Part shown: piece by piece, positions 9,263 to 18,408 of the stretch
Layout of the letters: every line of letters starts with the position of its first letter
Position numbering within the stretch: the stretch's first letter is position 1
Virus record (IMG/VR): IMGVR_UViG_3300008113_000883
Span: 1-24,749 of that record
From: a virus
Taxonomy: Duplodnaviria > Caudoviricetes
Length of the DNA stretch: 24,749 nt
Reading direction: 5' to 3' (one strand)
The notes under the pieces: model-generated
The model's database searches: none
Told to the model about the DNA's origin: nothing
The model's input: only the letters and a program-made list of their open reading frames with translations
Position numbers and translations under genes: made by a program

Positions 9263-10975
9263 TTACGCTGGGAATGTTGCTCCAGTTGGTAACACTGTGA
9301 AATCTAACACAATAAATTCAGCAGTTTTGCTAGGTTGTAAATAGATTTGACCAATTAATTGGTTTCTGTCGATTACATCTGGTGAATTGTTTGAATCATC
9401 CATTACCACTTTATAAGCGTATAAACCTTGACGTTGTACTACTGATTCTAAATAAGGGTTAGCAATACTTAAGAATCTGTTTCTTGTAGCTGCTGTATTT
9501 TGTTCAAATACTAATGAGCGACCTACTTGGCCTAAGAAACGCTTTAATGAGATTAATAAACGACGAACGTTTACTCTATCTAATGAAGTTGCTTTCTTTT
9601 GTAATGTCTTTTGACCAAATGCTACAACACCTTCTCCAGGGAATGAAGCTAATGGGTTAATGTTTGTATCATATAAAGTATCACGATCGTCTTGAGATAA
9701 TCTTCTTTCAGCACGTAATACTGATCCAATTCCACCACGATTTAAACCTGCTGGTGCGAACCATTCAGCACCTACTTGGTCGTTGAATGCATATACACCA
9801 CCCATTACTACAGATGGAGGACACCATACAGCCTTACCTAAGTTATTGCTGAATAATTGTACCCAAGGGTAGTAAGCGGCACCGTAGTTAGAACCTACTG
9901 CTGTTGAAGCAGTAGCAGCACCTGCTACGTTTACACCATAAGCTGTTGTATCAATGATTGCTAATGAATCACCTCTTCCTTCACAAACTGCAACTACGTC
10001 GTCAGCTAATGAACTTAAAGGACCTGTACCTAATGTAACACCAGGAACAATTAATAAATTGAAATCGTAATCGTCTTTATTTGATAATAAAGTTAAAGCA
10101 GCGCTATAATCAGCAGCCGCAAATCCTTGACAATTTGTAGCAGCTGTATCTACTGATTCGAAGAATGTTGATACTCTGTTAGTTGCAGCAACACCACCAC
10201 TAAATGAACCACTTCCAGCAGATGGTAAAGAACCACTAAGTGCTGTTTTGTAGTTACCTAAGTTATCGATTGAATCAATTTGATTATTTACTGATTTAAC
10301 ACGCACATATGAAGAACCACCTTGGAAATTACCTGAAGGTTCTACTAATGCTTTTGTAGAGTTGTAAACAGGTCTTGCATCACCTACTACACGAGAAATG
10401 TAGTTTGGTTGAGCTGGGTCTAATGATAAGTTTGTAAATGTTTCTAATACATTTTTGTTATTAGTATTATCATCACCACGACGAATAGATAATGTAAATG
10501 TACCTTTTGTAGTGTTTACATTACTAACTTCCCAACGTACGTTATCTTCTGAACCAGAAGCTAAAGCACCTGATGTTTCAGAACCGCTGTTATTTGCAAT
10601 ATCACCCCAGCTAACTGATTCTAATACGAAAGATGCTGTTGAGTTTGCAGATGCAGATACTGAAGATGATGCGTAAGTTGTGTAGTTACTAGATCCACTG
10701 ATGATCTTAGTTACTAACAATGAAGTTCCACCATTATTAAAGTATTCTTTAGCAGCTAATGAAGTAAAGTATTCATATAAGTTGCTTCCGCTCTTGAATA
10801 CGTCTCCAAAAACTGATAAATATTCGCTATATGATGTAACTAATGTTGGTACTAAAGGATTACCCTTTACTGTAGGTCCAACAATAGCAGCACCAGCTTC
10901 TTGAATACCTCTTTGTACTAAACTCTTATCGTTTTCGCGAGTGAAAACGCCAGGAGAGATAATTTTTTCTGCCAT
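9263..10975 (-). CDS. Contractile tail sheath protein (T4 gp18-like)
   Basis: SPGVFTRENDKS N-terminus, plus YYPW, WFAPAGLNRG, GQKTLQ, RVNVRRLLI and PSKTAEFIVLDF motifs. Confidence 0.95.
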   Translation of the reverse strand: MAEKIISPGVFTRENDKSLVQRGIQEAGAAIVGPTVKGNPLVPTLVTSYSEYLSVFGDVFKSGSNLYEYFTSLAAKEYFNNGGTSLLVTKIISGSSNYTTYASSSVSASANSTASFVLESVSWGDIANNSGSETSGALASGSEDNVRWEVSNVNTTKGTFTLSIRRGDDNTNNKNVLETFTNLSLDPAQPNYISRVVGDARPVYNSTKALVEPSGNFQGGSSYVRVKSVNNQIDSIDNLGNYKTALSGSLPSAGSGSFSGGVAATNRVSTFFESVDTAATNCQGFAAADYSAALTLLSNKDDYDFNLLIVPGVTLGTGPLSSLADDVVAVCEGRGDSLAIIDTTAYGVNVAGAATASTAVGSNYGAAYYPWVQLFSNNLGKAVWCPPSVVMGGVYAFNDQVGAEWFAPAGLNRGGIGSVLRAERRLSQDDRDTLYDTNINPLASFPGEGVVAFGQKTLQKKATSLDRVNVRRLLISLKRFLGQVGRSLVFEQNTAATRNRFLSIANPYLESVVQRQGLYAYKVVMDDSNNSPDVIDRNQLIGQIYLQPSKTAEFIVLDFTVLPTGATFPA

Positions 10976-11011
10976 AGTATTTTTATGTTAAATTGATTTG
11001 AATTATTCGAT

Positions 11012-11020
11012 AATAAATAT
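11012..11020 (-). promoter_or_regulatory. Putative late promoter ATATTTATT
   Basis: 37 nt upstream of sheath ATG. Confidence 0.55.
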
Positions 11021-11040
11021 CCGGAAAAACACGTAACCGC

Positions 11041-11310
11041 CTAGCTCTGTATTAGGATCTCGCCTGTTTGGGTATCTAGTACCCCTTCACCATATTTTTC
11101 GCGTATTTTTTCTAAAAATTCGTCTTGGCGACTCCCGTTGGTTTTTATGTCTGAGCGTAGCCCCGTTAATTCCTGGTCTACTAGTTTTATTTGTTCTTCT
11201 AGTTGATACTTGTCATATGCTAATTGACCCATATCAAACATAATTTTTGAATATTGCTCACGTAGCAAATTCATTTCTTCTAATTCTTGATCTGTTAATT
11301 TTTTATTCAT
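11041..11310 (-). CDS. Small coiled-coil phage protein
   Basis: 89 aa with heptad character, ending KYGEGVLDTQTGEI; 1-nt gap from the upstream gene. Confidence 0.75.
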   Translation of the reverse strand: MNKKLTDQELEEMNLLREQYSKIMFDMGQLAYDKYQLEEQIKLVDQELTGLRSDIKTNGSRQDEFLEKIREKYGEGVLDTQTGEILIQS

Positions 11311-11311
11311 A

Positions 11312-11539
11312 TTATTTTTCCCATTTTTTCTTTGGACAACTATCTTTTACTGGTGAGAATACTTTTTTATTTAAAGGACATCCACAAGCATTACAATACC
11401 AAAATTTCATAACGTCTTGTAGTGTTTTGTGTTCACACCCATCACATACTGCTAATCTATGTTCTGCGATTTCTTTTTGTTCTGGTGTTGGATTAGCTGC
11501 TGCTATCCAAGCTTTGCCTATTTCAACTAATTTGTTCAT
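11312..11539 (-). CDS. Small Cys-rich putative metal-binding protein
   Basis: RLAVCDGCEH...CNACGC.L..K......CPKKKW pattern. Confidence 0.75.
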   Translation of the reverse strand: MNKLVEIGKAWIAAANPTPEQKEIAEHRLAVCDGCEHKTLQDVMKFWYCNACGCPLNKKVFSPVKDSCPKKKWEK

Positions 11540-11555
11540 GTAACTTAATTTAATG

Positions 11556-11580
11556 AAGAAAAGCCTCTATAACTAGAGGC
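11556..11580 (-). terminator. Intrinsic terminator
   Basis: GCCTCTA-4nt-TAGAGGC (11563-11580) followed by TTTTCTT on the minus strand, downstream of the stop at 11609. Confidence 0.7.
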
Positions 11581-11608
11581 AGTTCTTTCAAGTGTTTATA
11601 TAGGGAGA

Positions 11609-12079
11609 TTAGTCTTCAACTTTAATTAGCTTAAAGAAGGTACTGTAGTTGCCTTCTGTTTCAACATGCTTGAAATCAACTATGTTGAAAGGCTTGTATT
11701 CTAATTCTCTTTCTTGATTTAACAAATCGTTATATTCCTTCTGGAATTCAAAGAATTGTGGGTTTGGTTCATAAACGAATTTTGGATCTCCGTTTTCATC
11801 AACACCATCTTCTTTCTTGAAAGACGGGATTAATTGATAACCACCTTGTTCATCTTGAGAACCGTGCTTCATGATTAATTCATCACGAAGTTTGTTAATC
11901 GATTCTTTTTCAGAAGTTAACTTCTTGTTTAAATCAGTGATCCAGTACTTAGTGACCATATTAAGTTTTTCACCTAATAGTCCTTTAGAAAGTGTTTCAC
12001 CTGTTTGTTGGTTTACTAAACCATTAATTTCAACTTCGAGATTTAAAAACTCGAATAATTTTAGACTAATTTTTTCCAT
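11609..12079 (-). CDS. Hypothetical helical phage protein, 156 aa
   Basis: Co-oriented ORF followed by a terminator. Confidence 0.75.
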   Translation of the reverse strand: MEKISLKLFEFLNLEVEINGLVNQQTGETLSKGLLGEKLNMVTKYWITDLNKKLTSEKESINKLRDELIMKHGSQDEQGGYQLIPSFKKEDGVDENGDPKFVYEPNPQFFEFQKEYNDLLNQERELEYKPFNIVDFKHVETEGNYSTFFKLIKVED

Positions 12080-12096
12080 AACTTACTTACTATATA

Positions 12097-12342
12097 TTAT
12101 TTTGCTTTTTTAGTTGTTTTTTTCTTTGGAGCTGCTTCAGTTTTAGCTTTTGGTGCTTTTACTTTTTTAACAACTTCTTTTACTTCAGCAACAGTTTCTT
12201 TAACTTCTTCTGTTACTTTAGCTGCTGCATTTTCAATAGCATCAGGGATGTTGTTGTTATTTGCGTCAGCAATTTTACCTTTTTTCATTAGAGCAATAAC
12301 AACAATAGCTGCTATAGCTAGTACAATAATAAATGTTAACAT
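12097..12342 (-). CDS. Small membrane-anchored protein
   Basis: N-terminal TM helix (MLTFIIVLAIAAIVVIALM), DANNNNIPD Ca-loop-like motif and K/A/P-rich tail. Confidence 0.75.
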   Translation of the reverse strand: MLTFIIVLAIAAIVVIALMKKGKIADANNNNIPDAIENAAAKVTEEVKETVAEVKEVVKKVKAPKAKTEAAPKKKTTKKAK

Positions 12343-12367
12343 AATAGTTTATATTTTTTTGTTCGTA

Positions 12368-12376
12368 TATAAATAT
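12368..12376 (-). promoter_or_regulatory. Putative late promoter ATATTTATA
   Basis: 26 nt upstream of ATG 12342. Confidence 0.6.
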
Positions 12377-12401
12377 ATAAGAAAAACCAAAAAACGTAAT
12401 C

Positions 12402-12632
12402 TTATAAAGAAGAAAGACGATCTTTTACTTCCTGTTGAATAGCGTTGAATACTTCTTCTGTTGATTCTTCAATAACACCATTAGTTACATCTTCAGATAT
12501 TCTACTAAAAAATGGAGCTGGTGATATTACTCGCATAAGACACTCGTTTGTTTCATTAACTAGTGTAACAACTTTTTGAGTTTCACTATCTACTGATAAG
12601 TACATTTGTTTTCCTTTGTAATAATTTATCAT
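12402..12632 (-). CDS. 76-aa hypothetical protein, paralog of 21999..22229 (possible fibre chaperone)
   Basis: MINYY...VDSETQKVVTLVN aligns with MINYY...VDTETKTIVNVLN. Confidence 0.75.
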   Translation of the reverse strand: MINYYKGKQMYLSVDSETQKVVTLVNETNECLMRVISPAPFFSRISEDVTNGVIEESTEEVFNAIQQEVKDRLSSL

Positions 12633-12643
12633 AATTTTTTATT

Positions 12644-13066
12644 TTATTGTTGTTGGTAACATTCATTACATCCAATATAATAACAAGGGTCATTATATCC
12701 AGCACACCCCGGTCCACAGTCACAACTATATGGATAGTTTGAGTATCCACAAGTTGCTGAATTTGATTCAATCAATGAATTATATGTTCCACAATTCCCA
12801 TCAGTATAAGTATAATATAAATCATATCCACTACAAAAAGATGTAACAAAGGTATCTGCTACTGGGCAATTAGAGCATGCTGTTATAGCTGCTACAACCC
12901 CAGATGAATTGGTTTCATATACATAGGTTCCACTAGAATAATATCCTGCACCTACAGTAGCTGTTCTTTTAGGGTTTGAATAGAGAGTACACCCCACAGA
13001 TATAGGATTACACCAAGTATAAAAAGTTACACATGAGGAATAAAAAAATGAAGGAGGTGCTGACAT
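12644..13066 (-). CDS. Cys/Tyr-rich protein, possible fibre-tip adhesin
   Basis: 140 aa with 14 Cys and many Tyr/Ser/Gly; downstream of the collagen fibre. Confidence 0.7.
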   Translation of the reverse strand: MSAPPSFFYSSCVTFYTWCNPISVGCTLYSNPKRTATVGAGYYSSGTYVYETNSSGVVAAITACSNCPVADTFVTSFCSGYDLYYTYTDGNCGTYNSLIESNSATCGYSNYPYSCDCGPGCAGYNDPCYYIGCNECYQQQ

Positions 13067-13082
13067 TTACTATAAATTTATT

Positions 13083-13865
13083 TTAACATTCTACACAGTT
13101 ACAGTTATCACAACCATACCCAGCATTATTTGCTGCAAAACATGCTGTACTTGGTGCATAAGTATTATAACACATAGTGTGTATGTATGTTACTAATGAA
13201 TATGCTTTAATATAATAATTTGTACTTGGTTGAACAATAAAAGTATAACTTAATTGTTGTGAATTAGGACCATAAGCTTGGTATTTATAAATATTTTGAT
13301 CACTAATTAAATTTCCATTAGCGTACACTTCTAAAAACCCATATCCTGGTGCTTCCCACCCCCAAGTAGATCCTTCAATATTTGCTAATCCAAAATTGGC
13401 TGTAACAGTCATACTATTTCCTACTTTTACTACTGGGTTCATTTCAGGAGAATATTGAGGTCCTCCAAAAAACATTCCATATAAACCATTGTTAGGATCT
13501 AACTGAATATTACTTCCATTTACTGATGCAAATAAATCTGCATTTAAATAAGGGTTTCCTTCTTGATTTAATTCAAATAAAACAGATTGAGCTCTTATAG
13601 GATTTATTTGTTCAAATTTTGGAATCCAGTTTTTAGATGGAGCAACAACCCAAAGATTAAGATCTGTATCAAAATAATTATATAAAGGTAAAAATCCACC
13701 ACTTGGAGCATCTCCTACATAAACCCATACACGATCGTTAACTTCTTTCCCAGTCATACATTTATTGTTTGCTGGAATAGATTGTCCTGTTTTCAACAAT
13801 AGTAAATTTTCATTTACCATTTGTTGAAGCTCATTAAAAGTTACTGAATATCCATTACTTCTCAT
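13083..13865 (-). CDS. Beta-rich protein with Cys-rich C-terminus, probable fibre-associated protein
   Basis: 260 aa. Start overlaps the end of the S74 domain; Ig/Fn3-like LEVYANG...YTFIVQPSTNYYIKAY; ends CDNCNCVEC. Confidence 0.7.
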   Translation of the reverse strand: MRSNGYSVTFNELQQMVNENLLLLKTGQSIPANNKCMTGKEVNDRVWVYVGDAPSGGFLPLYNYFDTDLNLWVVAPSKNWIPKFEQINPIRAQSVLFELNQEGNPYLNADLFASVNGSNIQLDPNNGLYGMFFGGPQYSPEMNPVVKVGNSMTVTANFGLANIEGSTWGWEAPGYGFLEVYANGNLISDQNIYKYQAYGPNSQQLSYTFIVQPSTNYYIKAYSLVTYIHTMCYNTYAPSTACFAANNAGYGCDNCNCVEC

Positions 13866-16602
13866 TTTCTAGTTCCTTTATTCTAGCTTCTAATTGTTGA
13901 ATTGCTTTAATTAATACACCTACTACTGATGGTACATCCATAGTATTTTGTTTAGGTGTAGATAACTCACTTGGAGTATCTTCTGCAATAAATCCAATGT
14001 GTGGAATCTGTTCTTCATCATCCTTATAATTGAATTTTACTACATTAACTTGATTTAATAATATTAAAGCATCATTATTATAAGGAATAATATTATGTTT
14101 TAAATTACGAGATGAATTTTGATAAAATGCGTCTGCATAAATTGTATTTCCACTTACATATACACTTGCATTTGTAAATCCTCCTGTTGATGTACCATTT
14201 GAAATTACAATTGCATTATTTGTTGCAGGTGAAATAGCATTAAATCCAGAACCAGTAGAGCCTTGAGATTACCTTGCGGACCTTGTCTACCTTGAGGGCC
14301 TGCAGTTGTTGAATCAGCACCACTAGGACCTTGACGACCTTGTGGACCTGCAACTGATGAATCAGCACCACTAGGACCTTGTCTACCTTGAGGACCAGCT
14401 ACTGATGAATCAGCACCTGAAGGACCTTGTCTACCTTGAGGACCAGCTACTGTAGAAGCATCACCTGTTGGACCTTGACGGCCTTGAGGGCCAGCTACTG
14501 TTGAAGCATCACCTGTAGGACCTTGTCTACCTTGAGGGCCTGCTACTGTTGAGTCGGCACCTGTTGGACCTTGACGACCTTGTGGACCTTGTCTACCTTG
14601 AGGGCCTTCAACAGTTGAATCAGCACCTGTAGGACCTTGACGGCCTTGTGGGCCTGCCACTGTTGAATCAGCACCAGTAGGGCCTTGGTTACCTTGTGGG
14701 CCTTGTCTACCTTGAGGGCCTGCTACTGTTGAGTCAGCTCCACTAGGGCCTTGACGGCCTTGAGGACCAGCTACTGTAGAATCTAATCCAGTAGGGCCTT
14801 GGTTAACCTTGACGGCCTTGGAAGCCTTGGAATCCAGTAGGGCCTTGGTTGCCTTGTGGACCTTGATTTCCTTGAAAACCAGTAGGGCCTTGGTTACCCT
14901 GAGGGCCTTGGTTGCCTTGGAAGCCAGTTGGTCCCTGGTTACCCTGAGGGCCTTGGTTGCCTTGTGGGCCGTTAGGGCCTTGGTTGCCTTGAGGACCATT
15001 AGGACCTTGATTACCTTGATCACCTTTTATACCTTGTGGGCCTTGGTTACCCTGTGGGCCTAAAGGACCCTGGTTGCCTTGATTGCCTTGAAAACCAGTA
15101 GGACCTTGGTTGCCTTGTGGGCCTTGATTTCCTTGAAAACCTTGATTACCTGTATCTCCTTTATCACCAGTTCTTGCAAACGTGGTAATAACATCTAAAT
15201 TGTTTGTGAATGAGCTAGCACCTGATAACCAAGTAACAGGAACTTCAAAATATCCTGTGTTATGAGTATGGGTGCCTACTATTGCAAATAAAGCAAAATT
15301 ATTTGTGTTAGTTTTTTCAGTAACAGTAAAGTGTCCTTTAATTGCTGAAGTTGAATCATCAACTGTTTGTAAGTAATTGTATACTGAAACACTAGCATCA
15401 TCTATCTCACTTATATATAAGAATGAAGCTGATGGTAAGCTACTATTATTGAATTTTAAAAATCCATTTCCTGGAATCGTATTGGAAGTGTTTGTACTGA
15501 AAGTATAATCAAAAGCAGCACCACCAAAATTTCCTGTTATACCCTGATGTCCTTGTGGACCTTGATTACCTTGTGGGCCAATTAAACCTTGAAGACCTAG
15601 ACCTTGTGGGCCTAAAGGGCCTTGGTTGCCTTGGTCACCTTTTATGCCTTGATATCCTTGATGTCCTTGATCACCAGTTGAACCTTGAATACCTGTTGGG
15701 CCTTGATTTCCTTGAGCACCTGTTGGACCTTGGTTACCTTGAGGACCAGTTAAACCTTGTAAACCTGTAGGGCCCTGGTTGCCTTGAAAACCAGTAGGAC
15801 CTTGGTTGCCTTGGTCACCTTTTATGCCTTGTGGGCCTTGATTACCTTGAGGGCCTTGATTACCCTGTCCACCTGTATATCCTTGATAGCCTTGATCGCC
15901 TGTTAAGCCTTGAGGACCGTTAGGGCCTTGATCACCTTGAACACCTGTAGGGCCCTGGTTGCCTTGAGGACCAGTTAAACCTTGAGGACCATTAGGACCT
16001 TGATTACCTTGTGGACCATTTGGACCTTGATTGCCTTGATCACCTTTTATACCTTGAATGCCTTGCGGACCTTGTCTACCTTGAAAACCTTGATCACCTA
16101 CTATACCTTGTAAACCTTGTGGGCCTTGAAAACCTTGATCACCTTTAAGACCTTGTGGGCCTGTTAAACCTTGATCACCTGTATATCCTTGATGTCCTTG
16201 AGGACCTTCTTGACCTTGTGGGCCTGTAAATCCTTGATCACCAATAGGGCCTTGGTTGCCTTGTGGGCCAACTGCACCTTGATCACCTGTGTATCCTTGA
16301 AATCCTCTAAATCCTTGATCGCCTTGAAATCCTATAGGGCCTTGACGACCTTGTGAACCAGTAGAGCCTTGATCGCCTTGAGGGCCAGTTAAACCTTGAG
16401 GGCCATTAGGACCTTGATTACCCTGAACGCCTGTTGGGCCTTGGTTACCTTGAGGACCTGCTAGTCCTTGTATTCCCTGTGCACCCTGAGCGCCTTGAGT
16501 TACACTTATTTGTTCTATACTACCGCTCAAATGGGTCCAGTTGTCATCCATTTCCTGCCATGTAAGAGCGCTGCCTTTTTGGTATCTTAGAGTTAAAGCC
16601 AT
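13855..16602 (-). CDS. Collagen-like tail fibre with C-terminal Peptidase_S74 chaperone (~915 aa), interrupted by two frameshifts in this sequence
   Basis: G-X-Y repeats continue across three reading segments: 16602-14806, 14804-14268 and 14265-13855. The last segment (absent from the ORF track) reads QGSTGSGFNAISPATNN...FYQNSSRNLKHNIIPY...HIGFIAED...VGVLIKAIQQLEARIKELENEK*. Confidence 0.8.
14270..14800 (-). repeat. Ten ~48-bp coding repeats GPQGRQGP(T/S)GADSTVA
   Basis: Units counted in the translation: GLDSTVA, GADSTVA x3, GADSTVE, GDASTVA x2, GADSSVA x2, GADSTTA. Confidence 0.9.
14806..16494 (-). repeat. Collagen G-X-Y repeat blocks (9-bp periodicity, ccttg on + strand)
   Basis: Roughly 105 triplets (16494-~15526) and about 40 triplets (~15170-14806) separated by a ~120-aa globular domain; mostly GPQ, GNQ, GDQ, GFQ, GPT. 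Confidence 0.95.
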
Positions 16603-16625
16603 AATTATTTTGTTGAAATATCATG

Positions 16626-16634
16626 TATAAATAT
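16626..16634 (-). promoter_or_regulatory. Putative late promoter ATATTTATA
   Basis: 24 nt upstream of collagen ATG. Confidence 0.65.
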
Positions 16635-16659
16635 GAAAGGGGGTGAATAATCACCCCCT
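16632..16659 (-). terminator. Intrinsic terminator
   Basis: AGGGGGTGA-4nt-TCACCCCCT (16638-16659) followed by TTCATATTT on the minus strand. Confidence 0.75.
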
Positions 16660-16685
16660 AAACATTAAATATATGTAATTGCTTA

Positions 16686-17141
16686 TTAACAATCTTCATA
16701 GCTACCAGTACCGAATACTTCAGCTACTTTTTCTTTCAATTTAGCATATCCAAATTCGAAAATGTTTGCTTCTTCTACTTGAGTAAAATCAGGCACCATT
16801 ACAGTTACACTTTCAGAAATTTGTTGTTCAACATTTACATAAGTAATACTTCCAGAAGCATCAACGCTTTGAGAAGGTACACTAATTGTTCTGTAAACAA
16901 TGCTTTGTGATGGTATTCTTAAATCAACGTTTAAATTGTCACCAATTTGTTGGTTACGAGCTGACACTCCACCACCTGGGTATAGGTATGATTGATTACT
17001 TGCTGATTCAGCATTTAAGAATAACTGAGTTTGGAAATGAGCAAACCCACCTTTTTGAATATTGTAGTTAACAATACGTAAGTATGCTTCGTCTGTGATA
17101 CCTAAATCAGTACCAATTTGTGTTGTAATTTTAATTGCCAT
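16686..17141 (-). CDS. Hypothetical protein (151 aa), probably fibre-associated; start reassigned to 17141
   Basis: MAIKITTQIGTDLG has an A-rich leader and the promoter motif 22 nt upstream. The track start at 17198 lies inside the oxygenase gene. Confidence 0.7.
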   Translation of the reverse strand: MAIKITTQIGTDLGITDEAYLRIVNYNIQKGGFAHFQTQLFLNAESASNQSYLYPGGGVSARNQQIGDNLNVDLRIPSQSIVYRTISVPSQSVDASGSITYVNVEQQISESVTVMVPDFTQVEEANIFEFGYAKLKEKVAEVFGTGSYEDC

Positions 17142-17162
17142 TTTTATTTTTGTTTTTACGTG

Positions 17163-17171
17163 AATAAATAT
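17163..17171 (-). promoter_or_regulatory. Putative late promoter ATATTTATT
   Basis: 22 nt upstream of ATG 17141, overlapping the oxygenase stop codon. Confidence 0.6.
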
Positions 17172-17758
17172 TAACGATAGTGCTCTCCCCCTAACCACAG
17201 CACAAATGATCTGCGAGTACCTATAGTTACTTTGGTTACACGGTGCATCATATATGATGGAAATATAACTACTGTGCCTTTTCCACGAGGTGCTTTAATA
17301 GCATCGTTACCTCCCTGCCATATTTCTAAATCTCCACCTTCATATTCATCAGGAGCTGATAATTGTACTGTAATTGATACTTTACGTAGTGAAAGCATAC
17401 CTGGTCCAATATCTTGGTGCCAAATATAGTGTCCACCTTCAGCAGCATAATATTCTGTGTATTGAATTTGTTCTGGTGCTGATTGTAAATCAAGATCCCA
17501 TAAAGCTGAATTTGCTTCGATAGCCATATCCATTAATTTGCCGTATAGCCAATTCCATTGGTGGGATTGCGGTACCCATTTTACAGAAGATGATCTTGCT
17601 TCTTTATTATCACCACCAATTGTAGTAGCTTCCATAAAGGGTATATTACCTACTTCTCTATAAATTTTATCTAACTCAGCTGCACTAAATCCACCATCAA
17701 AATAATAATAGTTTTGAGGATCGACATGCTTTTTAGGAAATAAAAAACCAGTTTGCAT
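17171..17758 (-). CDS. 2OG-Fe(II) oxygenase, PKHD/prolyl-4-hydroxylase-like
   Basis: YIWHQD (HxD), RKVSITVQLS..DEYEGGDL, VVIFPSYMMHRVTKVTIGTRRSFVLW (distal His and 2OG-binding Arg). Confidence 0.92.
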   Translation of the reverse strand: MQTGFLFPKKHVDPQNYYYFDGGFSAAELDKIYREVGNIPFMEATTIGGDNKEARSSSVKWVPQSHQWNWLYGKLMDMAIEANSALWDLDLQSAPEQIQYTEYYAAEGGHYIWHQDIGPGMLSLRKVSITVQLSAPDEYEGGDLEIWQGGNDAIKAPRGKGTVVIFPSYMMHRVTKVTIGTRRSFVLWLGGEHYR

Positions 17759-18408
17759 TATTTTTTATATTTTTGTTGTAATTGAGGAATGAATTTATCA
17801 AAATGATGAACTTCTACTTGCAATTGTGGTTCATATGGTTTGCTTGTTTTACTTAATTCACCTATTGCATGTAGATTTTTAATATTATATATTTTTCTTT
17901 TAAAATGATCTTTATTTAACCAATAAAGCATATCATCTCCAAAATATATTTTTAATTCTGGTGGGATTGGTTCGTAATGTGCCTTAGGCATTATCATCAT
18001 ACAACCAAATCCTAAACTGCGACAAGATGCTTCCTCTAATTCCCAAACATCATCGTCTCTATTCAGCGTTTGAGTAAGGTTTCTGTTAGCATCAAATCCT
18101 ATTATACCATATTCGGGAAAATGTGGGATATTATTAAATAACGTTTCTAAATTAATTGTTATATCGTCGTTTAATAAACATATAGTATTGTTTTTAGCTA
18201 ATTCAACACCCAAATTCCAAGCAGGGTTAACAAATATGTTTTCTGGTTGTTTAACTAATGTTAAGCCCTTAGCTTCAAAATTATGATCACTATTGGCATT
18301 ATCTATGATAATTAGTTCAGGACCCTCAACATTACAGAAACTAAAATCACGAATAGTTTCGTAAATACAATCAGATTTCCATAATGTTGGGATAATAATA
18401 CTAACCAT
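17758..18408 (-). CDS. GT2 (GT-A fold) glycosyltransferase
   Basis: VSIIIPTL, LIIIDNA, FVNPAWNLG, CLLNDDI, FGCMM, IYFGDD. Confidence 0.88.
   Translation of the reverse strand: MVSIIIPTLWKSDCIYETIRDFSFCNVEGPELIIIDNANSDHNFEAKGLTLVKQPENIFVNPAWNLGVELAKNNTICLLNDDITINLETLFNNIPHFPEYGIIGFDANRNLTQTLNRDDDVWELEEASCRSLGFGCMMIMPKAHYEPIPPELKIYFGDDMLYWLNKDHFKRKIYNIKNLHAIGELSKTSKPYEPQLQVEVHHFDKFIPQLQQKYKK

Noticed and set aside
13286-13294. Extra ATATTTATA copy
   Set aside because: It lies inside a CDS about 220 nt from the next start and is probably chance.
14805-15023. N-terminus of the 272-aa ORF (MIKVIKVLMV...KATKAL repeats) as a separate gene start
   Set aside because: It is the off-frame reading of the collagen repeat; only 14804-14268 is meaningful.
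14270-16494. CRISPR array or non-coding repeat
   Set aside because: Repeats are codon-periodic with synonymous variation and no unique spacers.
17142-17198. Longer start for the 170-aa ORF
   Set aside because: It overlaps the oxygenase gene and spans the promoter motif; ATG 17141 fits better.
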